Assembly (NCBI GenBank): GCA_040954595.2
Contig: JBECUI020000048.1
Span: 1-64,000 of the forward strand
Direction of reading: 5' to 3'
DNA: 64,000 nucleotides
Origin: Balanoglossus misakiensis
Taxonomy: Eukaryota > Animalia > Hemichordata
The notes beneath the pieces are model-generated. The model was not told the origin of the DNA. It did no database searches and worked only from the letters and a program-made list of their open reading frames with translations. This document shows positions 1-13,869 of the stretch, one piece after another (positions within the stretch are counted from its first letter, which is position 1; each line of letters begins with the position of its first letter). The position numbers and the translations under genes are program-made.

Positions 1-1875
1 ATTTGCAGAGAGAACCGTTTTCTTTTTTTCTCCTCGAAAACGCTTTTTAAGTTTTATCCTAAAAGGCACATGCGTGAAGTGATACACACTCACAGCAAGT
101 TGTCAAGACAAGATCTAAACCATTTGACAAAAATCGCCATTAAAAACAACATTGTCAACTGTTGCTTATTAATACCATGGTAAATGCCACTACGAAAATT
201 AAGAAAAAACACAACCATAATACTACGACTCAACAGAATAACATCGCTTGCGTCAGAAGATGACAAAGGTTTCCGGCAGCCGACCAACGCAACGCAGCGG
301 CTATTGAAACTTAACCACAACGCGCACGTCAATAGGAAAACCCTTCAATGCATATGTTTTGCCGCACTGATACTTTCTAACGTTCGACTGTTGACCCCAA
401 CCGGGTGACCTCAACGGTGCCAGATTATGTCGTCCAAACGTAAACTGCCACGCATGCGTCAGAAAGTAGAAAAAGACACTCCACTTGAAGCATACAAAAT
501 TCAAATTTTCTCTCACACATGGGATTGAGAGGAGGGGCTTTAAGATTGTCACACTCCCGCCCCGCCAACTTCGGCCAATTTACCTTCTGGTTGAATGTGC
601 GCCCTCAATGTTTAAACTTATAACACTCTGTCCTCTTCCCAGGAGCCGTCACCATTATACTGCACAGCGCCAGACCACTCCAGGGTTCTGCTATGCCAGT
701 TGTTCAACCATACAAGTTACCAGTTAACGTTGCAAGCCCAGATGCAATATTTCGACGAAACAATCGACAGCAAGTACCCAAGTGACAAAGGTAGGTTAAC
801 TTACGAATTTTATTGTAGTCTTCATAAGCATATCAAATGTCTTTACTTGTTCACCTGGCCGAGCGAGGGCGCTAGACAGAGAATCAGTGTCCACTTGTCG
901 TCGTCTGGGCCGTGTTGGTATTTCTATAACCACGACCAAACACCGCCCTCATGGTACCACTTGAGTTTTGTGTGTTTTTGGCCGATTAAGAGTATCTTAA
1001 GGAGTCGATAATGAAGAGGTGTGCACCGTTATGCTAGCTTTAGCCCACCTAAGTACACAAAGGCGGCACCCTTAATGGACTGAGACAGTTCATCGAGTCA
1101 CGGAAAGCAAATAATGAGACACTCCGGCCCCAACACGCGCCGTCTGACGACCAGACAGGACAAAAGTCAGCACCCCTTCCCAAACCCACATCTCCAAAGA
1201 ACACACCAGTCCAACACTTGCACGGTTAAAATGGCGTCCACGTTCGATGTGTCGTCTGCGCGGTGTCTTTTGGAAACATTTGCCGCGCTCTATTGTTCTC
1301 TGCCTGTCTGTTGAGTCTGGGCCATGCCTGATTTGTCACCTGTGTTTCACCGAAAGAAATTTCGTCTGCATACTCTTTCTTTGTCCCACAACCGAGAGAA
1401 TGCCAGGGTGGTCAAAGTGATGCAAAAACGCAGGTATCTGCATTCAAAAAACTACAAGGGAAAATATTCAAGCTTGTGTTTATCGGTCGTTGACCTATCT
1501 TCCATTGGCATCATTTTATTTAAAGGAATCTCGTTTTTTCTTTCCTGAGAAACTGTTTAGAATTGTTACACAGAAAGGTACCTTTGAATAACCAGTAGTG
1601 GTAAATGTCATTGTGCCACAGTTAATGGAGTGCCATCACACAGGAGGGTGACGCAAATTGACGCGAAATAATCGATTTGTTTGGAACAAAGTAGAAAACC
1701 GAGAGGGTCAGAATAAGTAAGAGGAATTGACAATTGAGTAAGACAAACGCTGGGCGAGCAGACGAGTAGAAACAGGCAGACTCATTTGCGAGGACGCACT
1801 GTTACTTAATTTGAAAAGAATTTGCCATTTCAACAATGAAAGAACACAGAGTCTTGGCTAGATGCATACATAGCT

Positions 1876-1992
1876 AGAGAGAATGAGATAGACGGAGAGC
1901 GAGAGGTAGAGGGAAGAGAGAGGGGGAGGGAGAGAGAGAGAAAGAGATAGAGAAAGAGAGACAGAGAGAGAGGGGAGAGAGAGGGGAGAGAC
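1876..1992. repeat. GA-rich imperfect microsatellite
   Basis: Run of (GA)n and (GGGAGA)-type units. Confidence 0.85.
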
Positions 1993-4900
1993 ACAGGTAA
2001 CAACCTTGGGGTATTAGAGACATAATTATACTGTCATGATTGCTTCAAATCACTCTGTGGATACAATGAAATTGTTTTGGCACAACGTTAACACCTATTG
2101 TCAATTATACCAGTGCATTACCAAGTGTCTTCAACAACAACGGGGAAAAACTGTTCGTATTCACGGACACGCAAGTGGCGAATTAAAGGTGTGACGATTA
2201 CCCCGTGCAGAGCAATTGTTCCCGCCAATCTCATTATCCTCCCGTCCCACAATTAGGCGTCTGAGCTTCGAAAATCGCATCGCTGTGTCGAAATATAGAC
2301 TTATTTTTGAAAAATGAACAAACTTTCCCATAACGATTGTTGGTGATACAACGCACATTTAATTAGCAAGAGTAAGAGAGAGAGAGAGTGACAGAGAGGC
2401 AGGGAATTGACCAGGACAAATACCGTCAGAGCATCGAACGAGGCGTCCCGTATTCCACAGTTTGATTACCAGACTAATTAGGGACCAATTAGGCATACAA
2501 CTTAGCGTCGATTAAGTGCTTGGAAGTAAAGTGCTGCAGCTTGATTAGCATATTGTCATTATTGTTAGCTGTGATCGTTCTGTACCATACCAGATACTCC
2601 CTCTCTGCATCAGTTAATTCGCTACATTTTGACTATTTTGATTACTTCAGTTTCAAGTGAAACAGTTCTCAAGAGGCAGTGGCGAGCACATTTCGAGTCT
2701 GTCGGCCATAAATAAACTTACGCTAAACATTAGTCACTTAAACGAAACTTCCCATTCCAGCAATCTCGTCTCGATTCCAAAACGTCCCTGCCGATTGGCT
2801 TCGTGTCCAGACTTGATATAGCTGTGCAAATGAGCACAGTATAGGCCTGAGTTCGAAAACCGTGAAACACAAATCGATTTTGTTTTGTTTTCAAACACAT
2901 GACGACAAAATATTCAGCGCGGGGTTTCGGAAGGTCTAATCTCATAGGTTAAGACTTCAAAACACCTGTTGCATGCGGATTGTGTTAACAAAAGAATGCA
3001 TGGAAACTGGCCAATCACAGACAACCTTGCAAAACTGCTGGGTTTCAGATATGTTCCGATAATGCTACTTTGATTATATAATGACAGCACAACCCTTTTT
3101 TTCATTTGCACAAAATCCCGTATTTATTGCGAATGCGATCTGTAGAGACTTTTTGAGATGGGAACAAGCAAGCGAAACGACACACAGCAGAAATGGGGGA
3201 CCTTCGTATCTCCCCGTTGGTCTTCCCGGTGCTTTGTAGTTCTACTGGAGCGGCTCGACACTTCGATACAGAATCAAACGTGCAGGCAGACAAATCAGAC
3301 GGGCAAACGATTCGTGACAGCTACTTTGTCGCGTTTAGCATCACCTTTCAAAGCCAAACAAAACCCCCAAAGAAACACACGGCAGAATTCCTGTGAGAGA
3401 TCCAGTTTATCAAAGCTAGCGTATACGTGGGATTTTTCAAAAGACAAAAAAGTCACAACTAGTTTTTTTCTCATGGAAACCAGTTCTTGATGAATATTTC
3501 ATTAATCTTTTGGCTTTGCCCCCGTTAAATGAGCCCAGTTCCCCGAACCATCCCTCCCCTTTTCTTTGCCTGGGCAGATGATCATAAAGACAGTGTCTAG
3601 ACAGTTCCCACGTCTTGTATCAGTCCCCAGTGTTGCGTCATGTCCAGGGCAGGTCTTTGCTCGTCCCGGAGAATCTACAGAAAGGGAGTCGCATGTAGAG
3701 GGAAACTTATAATAGCGATCAACGGTACAAGTTGAGACACCACACGGGTCTATGCAACAAAGCCGAGGAATACGATCAGGAGCGGCGGGCGCGCAGACAC
3801 CGCGTCCTACTCATCTGTAAGCGCGCCAGTCGTTTTCACTTCCAACTGAAAATGAATTAATAATATTTCCTTTCACGATTACTAAAGAAACCCACACAAT
3901 TTTACCTCGACATTTCATTTCGTTTGCCAGGTAGTATGCGGGCAGTTGGCGCGTACCCTGCAGTGAAGTGTGGCTAATGGAATGGTTTAATTTCCCCGGG
4001 GAGGGCAAACTTGTTGGGGAGCGGCCGCACGATCTTGTTTCCTTTTTACCCGATTGCGTCATCATGCATAATGGCGAATCGTGTCATTTTTGACTATTTT
4101 GAAACACGTTCTACTTATGTTGGTGTTTCGCTTGAAGTCAGGCAATTAATGGAAAGTAAATACCATAGTAAGTTATACGCCGTTCACATCGCGCGAATTT
4201 CATTTTTAACGAGGTAAATTGTATCGACGACGAATTCAACCTCTCAAGTTTAGAAAAAAAATACGAGTTTTCGGAGAGTTTTATCTGCGTTCCTTCGTAG
4301 CAACATCCATCCGCATTCTGTGTTGTGTTATCTTTCGAGAAAGCAAAGAAATTTGAAATTTCCACTTTGGTTGCGTTCGGTCATGACAAGCCAACCAACC
4401 AACCAGCCGGAAGAACGTGATCTCCAGCGCACGAAAGAACATGAATCTTTGATAGACATTTTGCGCAGACTCACTTGAAATTTAAATCAGAACTTTTACC
4501 AATGTGCTAATTTTATAGAACAAGTAACGTCCGTGTGAAAAGTGCTCGATTTTAGCTCAAATAAAACTTGCAAATGGCGCGTTTGTCTATCGGTCAGACG
4601 GTCGCACGTAGGTGTGACGTGTACTCCAATTACTGGGCCACAATGTAACTTGCCTCCGCCAACGTGGTGAAATTTTCCCCGTGAAAAGAAATGATAATAG
4701 GTGGACTTCTACTAGCAGTGGTGTGAACGCTCATCGTCCCAACATCAATCAACTGGAGAACGAAATTAAAAGGATTAATTAGTATGATTAACCATATTGT
4801 CACGAGTTATTGAATCTTGAAAGCCCGCATGGAAAAGACCGTATAATTCATTAATATTATACAAGAAGACGCCGCCTATGCAGCTGAGTGAGTTTTCTAG

Positions 4901-6271
4901 TGCACTTGAGAAAACTAAACTAAATTCCAGAACCTTGAAATTCAAGGTCTAAAAGAGTGTTTCTTTGTGATTTCGACTAGATACAGGTGAACATCAATAG
5001 TCAGTTACAGTCATGAGTAGATATCGTTTCCAGAGGGCGAGGCTACGTCGCGTGGGTTGATGTCGTCCATTTTTGGACTATGGTTGAAAAGGGGATTAAA
5101 AGCCCGCCAGTTTTTAGCGGCTTCTCAGTGCACGTCGCGTCACACTTGTTTTGTCTGACCCCCGGATTTAAAGTGCGTTTGTCGGTCTTCGTTTCTGCCC
5201 GAGACCTGACCTGATATATCTGTCCGCTGTTGGTCTTCACATAAATGCAAGTGCGCCTTTTGTCCGGCGGTGCTCGCTGTTGTCTGCACAACCTGACCAG
5301 CAGAAGTGCAATTTAGGTTAGCTTCCCCTTTAAAACTCCAGTGAAACTATTGGCTTTCACCCTTGTTGACACTGAAGTCATAAATTTCCCAAACCTCTTT
5401 CTCGATTGCAAAAAGACAAAAATCCCGTGAGTTTGTTAAACGCATTGTTGGTAGTCCTGTAATACCCTATCACGAAGCGATCAAAAATTAATGCACGGTG
5501 TTTTGAGACTTTGGTCCAACTTTTCGGCGGGAAGCCAGCAACCGATAATTTCTATAGAGAACAGGTAACCGGACACCTGAGTACTCTTCCTTGACCTTTG
5601 ACCCTGAACTGCACTAAAATATGATGAGTCCTTTCAAAGTTCATTCCAGGAGAGTGATTATTGACATAGTGGGAAGGCAAGCATGTGGAAACTATGTGTA
5701 TAACTCGAGGGTTATCGACGCCGTGTCAACAGGTAGGCTGTATATCATATGGTGATAGATGTATTCTTGTACGGCTGCTGAGCTTGTTGGAGTAAATCGG
5801 TGTGTGGCAAATAGCTCCACGGCGGTTGTCTGTTCGATGGGTGTCTTTGTATAGCGGGTCATAAAAATGTTTCTGGTTGAAGTTCGCTTTGCAGGTATTG
5901 TTTGCAGCGTCGCCTGTCCGCGCGCCTTGTCCCATTCACCTGTCTGTTTGCCTGTTTGTTTGTCTGTCTGTCACGGTACTACAGTTTAAGTGGTATTTAT
6001 ACTTGGAAGTCAGATTTTAAAAACACAGCGAGGTGAAATCCATGAATCGAATCTGATCACTATTTCTTCATCAAATTAACTTTCTGAGCACATGGTCGTT
6101 TGACCCTAAAGTGTAAATCCCCAGAAAGTAAAATTCGGGTATCGCTGGTACCGTCAAATAGTTGTATGAGCGAGTAAAAAAGGTTTCATCCAAACACAGC
6201 TAACCCGAATGCATTCTACTCATACTAAAACAAGAACAAGACAAAAACAGCGAATCCTGCTGCATCCGATG

Positions 6272-6435
6272 GCCGCCATTTTGAGCCAATTTATTTGACG
6301 TCGTTACTTCAGTTCCGAACAATGGACCAAAACGCGCAGAAGCGCAGAGTGGGGCTTCTATAAACCCAGCAATCAAACCACTCACCATCTTGACAAAAAC
6401 CTGTCCTCACAGTTAACATACTTTACCATGGCAAC
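6272..6435 (-). promoter_or_regulatory. Candidate promoter and first exon: RFX X-box, YY1-like motif, ATG directly followed by a splice donor
   Basis: TTTACCATGGCAAC at 6422-6435 (13/14 match to X-box GTTRCCATGGYAAC). Minus strand reads AAGATG|GTGAGT (ATG 6388-6386). CAAAATGGCGGC lies on the minus strand at ~6283-6272. No downstream coding exon identified. Confidence 0.35.
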
Positions 6436-8171
6436 GTTAATCCGGAGTTAATCCGAAGTAAACTCGTTTTCCTCTTGGCTTCCGTCGCCTTGCCAACCAC
6501 CAAGAATTTCTGGCCGACCTCACAGTGAACGCAGACGACGGTTTCGACACGAAGCGGCCCGGTGGAAATTCTAAACCTTTTCGGCACGGTCCCAAATCTT
6601 CATGACAGGTGACATGGTATAATTTCGTTAGTGCACGTATGCATGTCACGATCACGTTGAGACAACAACTGCAACCATTAGCAAAATCCAACATTCTAAC
6701 TACTGTATTCTTGGTTCAATCACAGACTCCTGCCGTAATAACTGTAGCTAAATATCGCAAGTTCAACTTTCGGTGTTCTGACGTGTGATAGGTGAGGACG
6801 AATATTTAATTGTCAAAACGACAAGAATTCTTTTCTTGAGGTTTGGTCTAGTTAATCGTCCAGTCATTCGTCAGATTCTGCGTACAACGGAATTGGCCGC
6901 GCCAACTTGCAAATATTGGCGATTTTGACACTCTTGAAAACAACCCAAGGGCTTGTCTTGCTTTGTTTTGTTTTGGTTTTATTTTTCCACCAAGATGAAG
7001 GTATGTCCATAAATCATGCGTACCTGCACACTTTTTAGTGAATAGTGCATTCAATTTGTGTTCCACCAGCCATAGTTTAAATCGGCCCGCCCCCCAAAGA
7101 GGTCGCGACGCGACAGGTACTGTTCAGCCGAAACTTGTGCATAATGCCTCATTATTTTTCCGTGTGGCCAACGCTGCTGTCTAAAAACACGGCGCGTGAA
7201 GCAATAACCACTGCGTACGTGCAAAGCTAGGAATTTCCTTCTCTCAACTTGAAAAGAGATGAGAAATTCTATCGTTTTTGCGGGGTATCGTAACTTTTAC
7301 CGTTTTCCTTTAGAGGAGACACAACCTCGGGCGCGGTCCCATGCCAACAGAACAGGTGCACTACATTTATTTTATTCTTTTGTCAGAAGCGTGGGTCTTA
7401 AAGATTTAAGCCAGATCATAAAAACGAGTCTTTGCCTCATCACAGTCAATGGCTAAGAGCAGTCGCCACAATAAAAATCATGTTTGTCCGGGTTTAACCT
7501 TCAGGCACATGCCAAATATGGTTAGGTCGACATACATGCGTGTCTCTAATACTTTCTAAACTAGTAGCTGTCTGGAGAGACAAACTCCCTCCCTCCCTCC
7601 CCTCACCGTAACCGAGAAGAGATTACCCATGTCAGAATTTTTTTTAATACAACGACATGATTAACTTTAATGTTCCAAAACGAAAGCTGATATGATAACA
7701 TATGGTATAATAAAATACGTTAACAGAAATATGAAAACGTCACAATAACTTTTAAAGGCAGGATGAAAATAATCCTAATTTCCGATATTAAAACTCGTAC
7801 TAGCGAATTTAGGATAAAATATGACGAGGACAGCGTGATCTAAATTCGTAGCTAAACGGTAGACGTTTCTAATTTTTGAAAAGAAAATATAAAACCCTGC
7901 CACCTTTCAAAAGTTGTTTTTTTTAAATACACCAATGAAATTAATTGGCAGTTTTCAATACGTGGTTTTGATATTGCCTATCAACACGGAGACATGTTCC
8001 CCGCTTGTTTGTTGTTCCATAGACCATAGAGCTCCATGGTCTATGATTGTTCATTGCACTGGAAAACTATGAAAGTCTGTAACAGTCTTTGCATGTCTGT
8101 CTGTATGTCTGTCCGCCATTGATGTCGCAAAAGGGACTGGTGTCGCAAAGTCGACAGACATTGTCCAGAAA

Positions 8172-8492
<321 letters not shown>

Positions 8493-8502
8493 TTAAAGTT
8501 TA

Positions 8503-8889
<387 letters not shown>

Positions 8890-11188
8890 CTAGGATTACT
8901 TCGCAGAATAAAATCGTTCGTGCGCGTGATTTTACCACTTTTTTCTAATATTCTTTTGAATGTACCATCTTATCATTACATTATTGCATTTGATATCAGG
9001 GCCCGTCCACTAAATTCAGGTTTATCCAAGATCTGCACCTGAGTTTATAAAAGAAAAAATCATGCAGACAGAGCTATAGAACACACAAAGTGAGGACAAC
9101 GAACTCACTGGTCCCACAATGCATTGCATACCTGCCGTATGAGTAGACAGACTTAACCACCATGGCTGGTGGGATAATAACACACTGGTATCGTTTGATT
9201 TCTGAGGAGTGTTTGTTTTGTGTTTGAGAGAAAGCAGTGGTTCTTTGGCATTGATTAAAAGAAAATGCCCCCGTGAACCAGTAACGTATGTGAACGATGC
9301 GGGTTTCTTGCAAATTTTGTCCGTATATACAATCATCTCATTCAAAAGACCTCAAACATGGTAATGCGTGTTGGATGAACGATGGATAGATGTTTAAATA
9401 GCGTGACAAATCCATAGTCTTTTTAACACCCTCAGGAACAGACAACAATGTGTAAATATGAGTGGAAACTTCCATAAAGAAAGCTGTCGGTATTATGCAT
9501 CATTCGCGACCGCTTGACATTCAACCCTCGGGGTTAAGATGTTGTTTTTCCAATTGCAATAGAAAGTCAAACATCTGCCTTCTTACAGACGCGGAAATCG
9601 CTCTGTTTATTTTCATCGTAGAAGCTTGTCAAGATGGCGGTCGCGCCAGGTGCATACCGCCGTAATCACGTGGTTCCTCGCGTCGATTCCCTGCCTTCTG
9701 GTCAAGGAACGCGACTCTGAGGCACGTGTACATCTAATTAAACATCACCAGACTTGTGTGCGAGAGAAGTGAAAATGACGGATGGGGGGAAACTGTCAAA
9801 TATCGTCGTAATCGACCGCCTGTTGGCAGCGTAGAAACTAAAAAAGGTCTCCAAAGAAATTATATTTTGTAAGCGACTTCTTCTTTGGATCGGCTGAACT
9901 TTCATACCAAGCGCCAAGCAGAGAGTTATTTCTGTTTTTCGTCCGTCTCACTTTTTGTGCTTCGGTCACGAAGCGTGACTCTCTCCCCGGAGCGCTGAGG
10001 AACAGGAACCATCGCGTGTCGTTTGGTGCAGACAAAATGCACAAAACCTCATTCTTTTATGAGAACTGGCTAATCTACAAACCTCAACCCGTAAAATCTA
10101 ATTATGCCAAACAGCTGTCCTGCAACTAGTTTCACAGACGGACAGGTGAGCGCGTGCATGAGTAGAGAAGTTAAAAAGAAAAGTGTTTCAAATGTTTATT
10201 TATATCGATATTAAGACTGGTAACGTCGGTGAAAGGGACATGTTTTATTTTTTTCTCAATTTTCTTTGTTTAAAAAATAGTTTCTTGTTTATCAGTATGA
10301 CACCTGACCCGCGCGAAAACACAAAAAACAGGGTTGGAACGACAAGCATGTTAGTTATGACAATGACTATTAGATGGATCTCATAATTCAGCGGGAGCAA
10401 CTTTCACGATTGGCCAAGCGATCCACTGTCAGCCCACCAGGCAACTGACAAAAAAAACCACCCGCGACCCCTATGAATGCAACCGGGTGATATATAACTG
10501 GAATTTATCGACAAGACAGGCTTGCGACAAAAACAGTCAACAAGCAAGACAAAACAGACAGTGGCGTCGACGGAGAGTCCAGTGCAAAGGCCGTGTCAAA
10601 GTTGCCGGGTACCCGAGGCTTAGGATTGGCCCCGGCCATTCTCTGGTCTGCGGGTGATGAAGGATGGCCTTCGGGGAGAACCGGCCATTATGGTCGGGAT
10701 GAAAAAGAGGCGGGCGAATGTTTAGTGGCTGAACAATAGGACCTCGTGTTCGGGTCAAGCATCGGCTCTGTTGGTCAGGTGTGCGGGAAGCAGTCGGCGC
10801 GGCCCCCGCGTCAATTGCTCGAGCGTTTGGTGAAAGTGGCGACCATTACGGTAATTGCAAGCCAGGATGGTGTGTGGCCCGCTACCTGGTAGCGTGGCTT
10901 TAAAACGATAACAGCCTAAGATTACGTCTCTTTGTCTGTCCAGAAATTCTTCTTTCTCTCCAGAAATTCTTTTGCCTCCTAAATAGATAGTTAATTGACG
11001 TTAAATGGTCATGTTGCATTACAAGCGACATGTTAGCGGACAGATGTAGACTGGTCACGATAAAAATGTTTTCTCTCTCGCTCTCTCGATATCCCTGTTG
11101 AAATGGTCCTTTGCTCAGTGTTTTGAAGACATCCTTTGCATTTTGAACGACGTCATAAACAAAAAGTCGATATACACAAAGTAGAACA

Positions 11189-11233
11189 GAGCCACCGGTG
11201 TTACGCATTAGTGAGCCACCGGTGTTACGCATT
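11189..11233. repeat. Perfect 21-bp direct repeat (period 24) in ovo intron 2
   Basis: GAGCCACCGGTGTTACGCATT at 11189-11209 and 11213-11233. Confidence 0.9.
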
Positions 11234-13675
11234 CGTGACACTGCCCGTTTTGTTCGTATGTTACCAGACTTGCCCATTCTGTGATGATGCGCCAACAATA
11301 TCGCAAATATAAACCGCGAGTTGTTCGTGTAGTTAATGTAGTCTTCGGCTAAAACTCGGCAACCAAACACCGGACCAGAGCGTCGCCTCCGAAAATGTTA
11401 TAAAAATAATCGCCCATGCGCGATTTGGTGCCGTTAACTTTCACCGAGAATGCGCACGCGTGTTTTTGTTTCTCCAAAGGAATTTTCAGTATCGCTTTTC
11501 AAGAACGTCGTTCCCTTTGACGGAAGACACGGGGTTCACTGGGTAAATTCTTTGGGACAAGACACTTTCATGTAACTTATTGTCTATCTCCTTACTCGTG
11601 TACCTGGTGGCGGCCATACTTGAGCGCTTCCAGGTAACTGCCATGGAAACGAGTTAGCGATGCGAAACCTTTGGCGTTTGCCAGCGCATTTTGTACACAC
11701 GGTGTTTTTATCACCCGTGTGTGTGTGTCCATTATCTTTCACTGCGGTTCACGTCCGAAGTGTCTCTTTTTCAGGGAGAAGGCCCAGGTAACAACATCCC
11801 ACGTTGCAAAGATACAATAAATTATCCTTGATGGTTTTGTTTGTCTTTGTTGGCTGGTTGCCCTCCGTCACAGTCCGATTAAAAACACTACCCGCCTTAG
11901 TGTGTTTCGTTGGAGTCACACCGCATGTGACAGATTCGATGAAGGTTGTTTAATTAAAATAGAATTACAACTAATTCATTAAGAACATTGTTGCGTTGGG
12001 TTCTTCGTTAAAGTTTTGCATTACTAACGAATTTGTTACATTTCCGGTCCAGACCTATAGATATGTAGAAATAAACATACTCTATACGTAGCATTCTGAA
12101 AACAAAACGAACAATATATGATTCAAAGGTCGTATGATAAATTATCTCTCTTTCAATTTTTTGCAAGGTCATTCGCACGTGCCAACAACTTTTGGTGCCT
12201 CGGTTTTTCTAGTTCCCATATACCAGTATTCTGCGATTTGTACACGCAAGTCAACCTGTCGCTGGATTATGGAAATTAACCTTTCGTTTTTTTCTATAGT
12301 TAGCGATTTAAAGTTGCTTTGTTCGGGTGGATTTTGTTCTCCGGGGAGACGGAGTAACGTTCTGCGGAGTGGGTTGGAGAAGCGTCCTGTTTGTAATCCG
12401 AACGCTGTGCTCACCTATACGCGCGCGCTGTTCACCGCGTCCCATTTAGACGCGGAGAGACGCAACCACAATCTCTTTACAGAGATGATTACACCGATTC
12501 ATGGTGTATCATTAGTGTTCAATGTGTCGTCGTTAAAGACCCCGTCTCCTCCCAAAAACCTGTCATTACGGCGGTCGCCAACAAGACCGGACATGCTTCG
12601 CGCACCGATGTGGAGCCACGTTGCGTACGTGAACCGGGCCCTGTTGCGCCGGGGGACCGCTCTACTGGCTTAGCACCGTTAGGACGCCCCGACGGCCTCG
12701 TTGTTGGAGAATTTCCAAACGCTCGCAAATTACCCACATAAAATTTTTATTGGTCTGTGCGCGATAAAAGAGGATCCTTGCAAAGTGGTTACGCAGTTTG
12801 GGATAGTACTATAGAGAAAATAATAAAAACCAAAACGTGAAACCTTTGGGAATGCGCGCGCCTTTTTATGAATTCTATAATCACTTTCCATCGGGATACA
12901 CACGACCTCGAAGTTTTGGTTGCTAGGCAATCGGGAATCGACGTCGCAAAACTTCTGCCAGTAGCTTAAAGAAGCTGCATAAGGCAAACGCATAGATAGA
13001 GCGTGTTCTGGGATCAAGTTAAGCTCAGTTTTGTGAAAGAGGAATCCATTTTTTCCAAGAAATAATTTAAGTTTGAAAATATCAGTTGACGACGCTTGAG
13101 AAAATTTGATAACTGTGGCAAATATTACATTGTCCCCATTTCTAACCGGGGTTCCACAGTTCGTCAATATTCGATGTCTTCTGATTTTTGTGTGTCTGTC
13201 TCGAGAATTGAACATCCCCTTCATTTCAGCGTCTCTTCAATAATGGACGCACCCCTGGTATTTTTACCGTATGCTGCATACACGACCGCTTTTCCATTAC
13301 CACCCTCTCTGTGTTTACCTCACAGTGCCAGTGTTTGCCAACCCATAAAAATTCCTTCCCTACAGTAATTTTATTCTCTCTCATTTTTTACAGAGACTGG
13401 CGCGTGACAATCCATAGACCAGAAGAATAAGACATTTTTGAGCGAAAGGGGAAGAGCTAAAAACGGGACAGTGGTGATAATTAACGAAGCAGGCGATGGG
13501 TGACCGACAAACACAGGTAACTTTTTACCCGACAACTTTTCATTGTCGAAGTGCGCCCTCATTGAAAAAGTGATGGATGGCGGCCGTTTAATAGACCGCC
13601 GTAATGAGCAAAGTTGGACAGGTGTCCTTGGAGATAAGAAAAAACCCTCACAGACAGGATAACAGATTTACGAAC

Positions 13676-13869
13676 CTCGAAATGGGTACACAGGTTGCCG
13701 AAGGCGTCGCCGTTAGCTCTGTCTGCGCATGTGTGGTACGTGTAGTCGTCCCGAAAGATGTTGTGGCAGTCTTCAAGTTGAAGCGCATCGATTGTTGTTG
13801 CGCGTGCGGGCTGAGATAACGGCTGGATGTTGATGGTGGAGCCGAACGGTTTGACACAACCATTCTGGT
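13676..13869 (-). CDS. ovo: Ovo/OVOL coding exon 2 (non-conserved region)
   Basis: Strong acceptor TTTTTTCTCTTTGCAG|AC, donor GAG|GTTCGT, 194 nt and open (DQNGCVKPFG...LCTHFE). It converts phase 1 (end of exon 1) to phase 0 (start of exon 3); splicing exon 1 directly to exon 3 would frameshift. Confidence 0.78.

Noticed and set aside
184-408. ORF ending LLTPTG as a possible pri/tarsal-less-like peptide near ovo/svb
   Set aside because: Does not match the LDPTGxY motif, and there is no polycistronic repeat of short ORFs.
11775-11787. 13-nt plus-strand microexon-like pattern (TTTTTCAG|GGAGAAGGCCCAG|GTAAC)
   Set aside because: Antisense to ovo, no partner exons found, not a multiple of 3.
12134-12673. 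179-aa plus-strand ORF in ovo intron 2 (also 12730-13224 and 10900-11370)
   Set aside because: No recognisable domain or coding-like composition; lengths compatible with chance.
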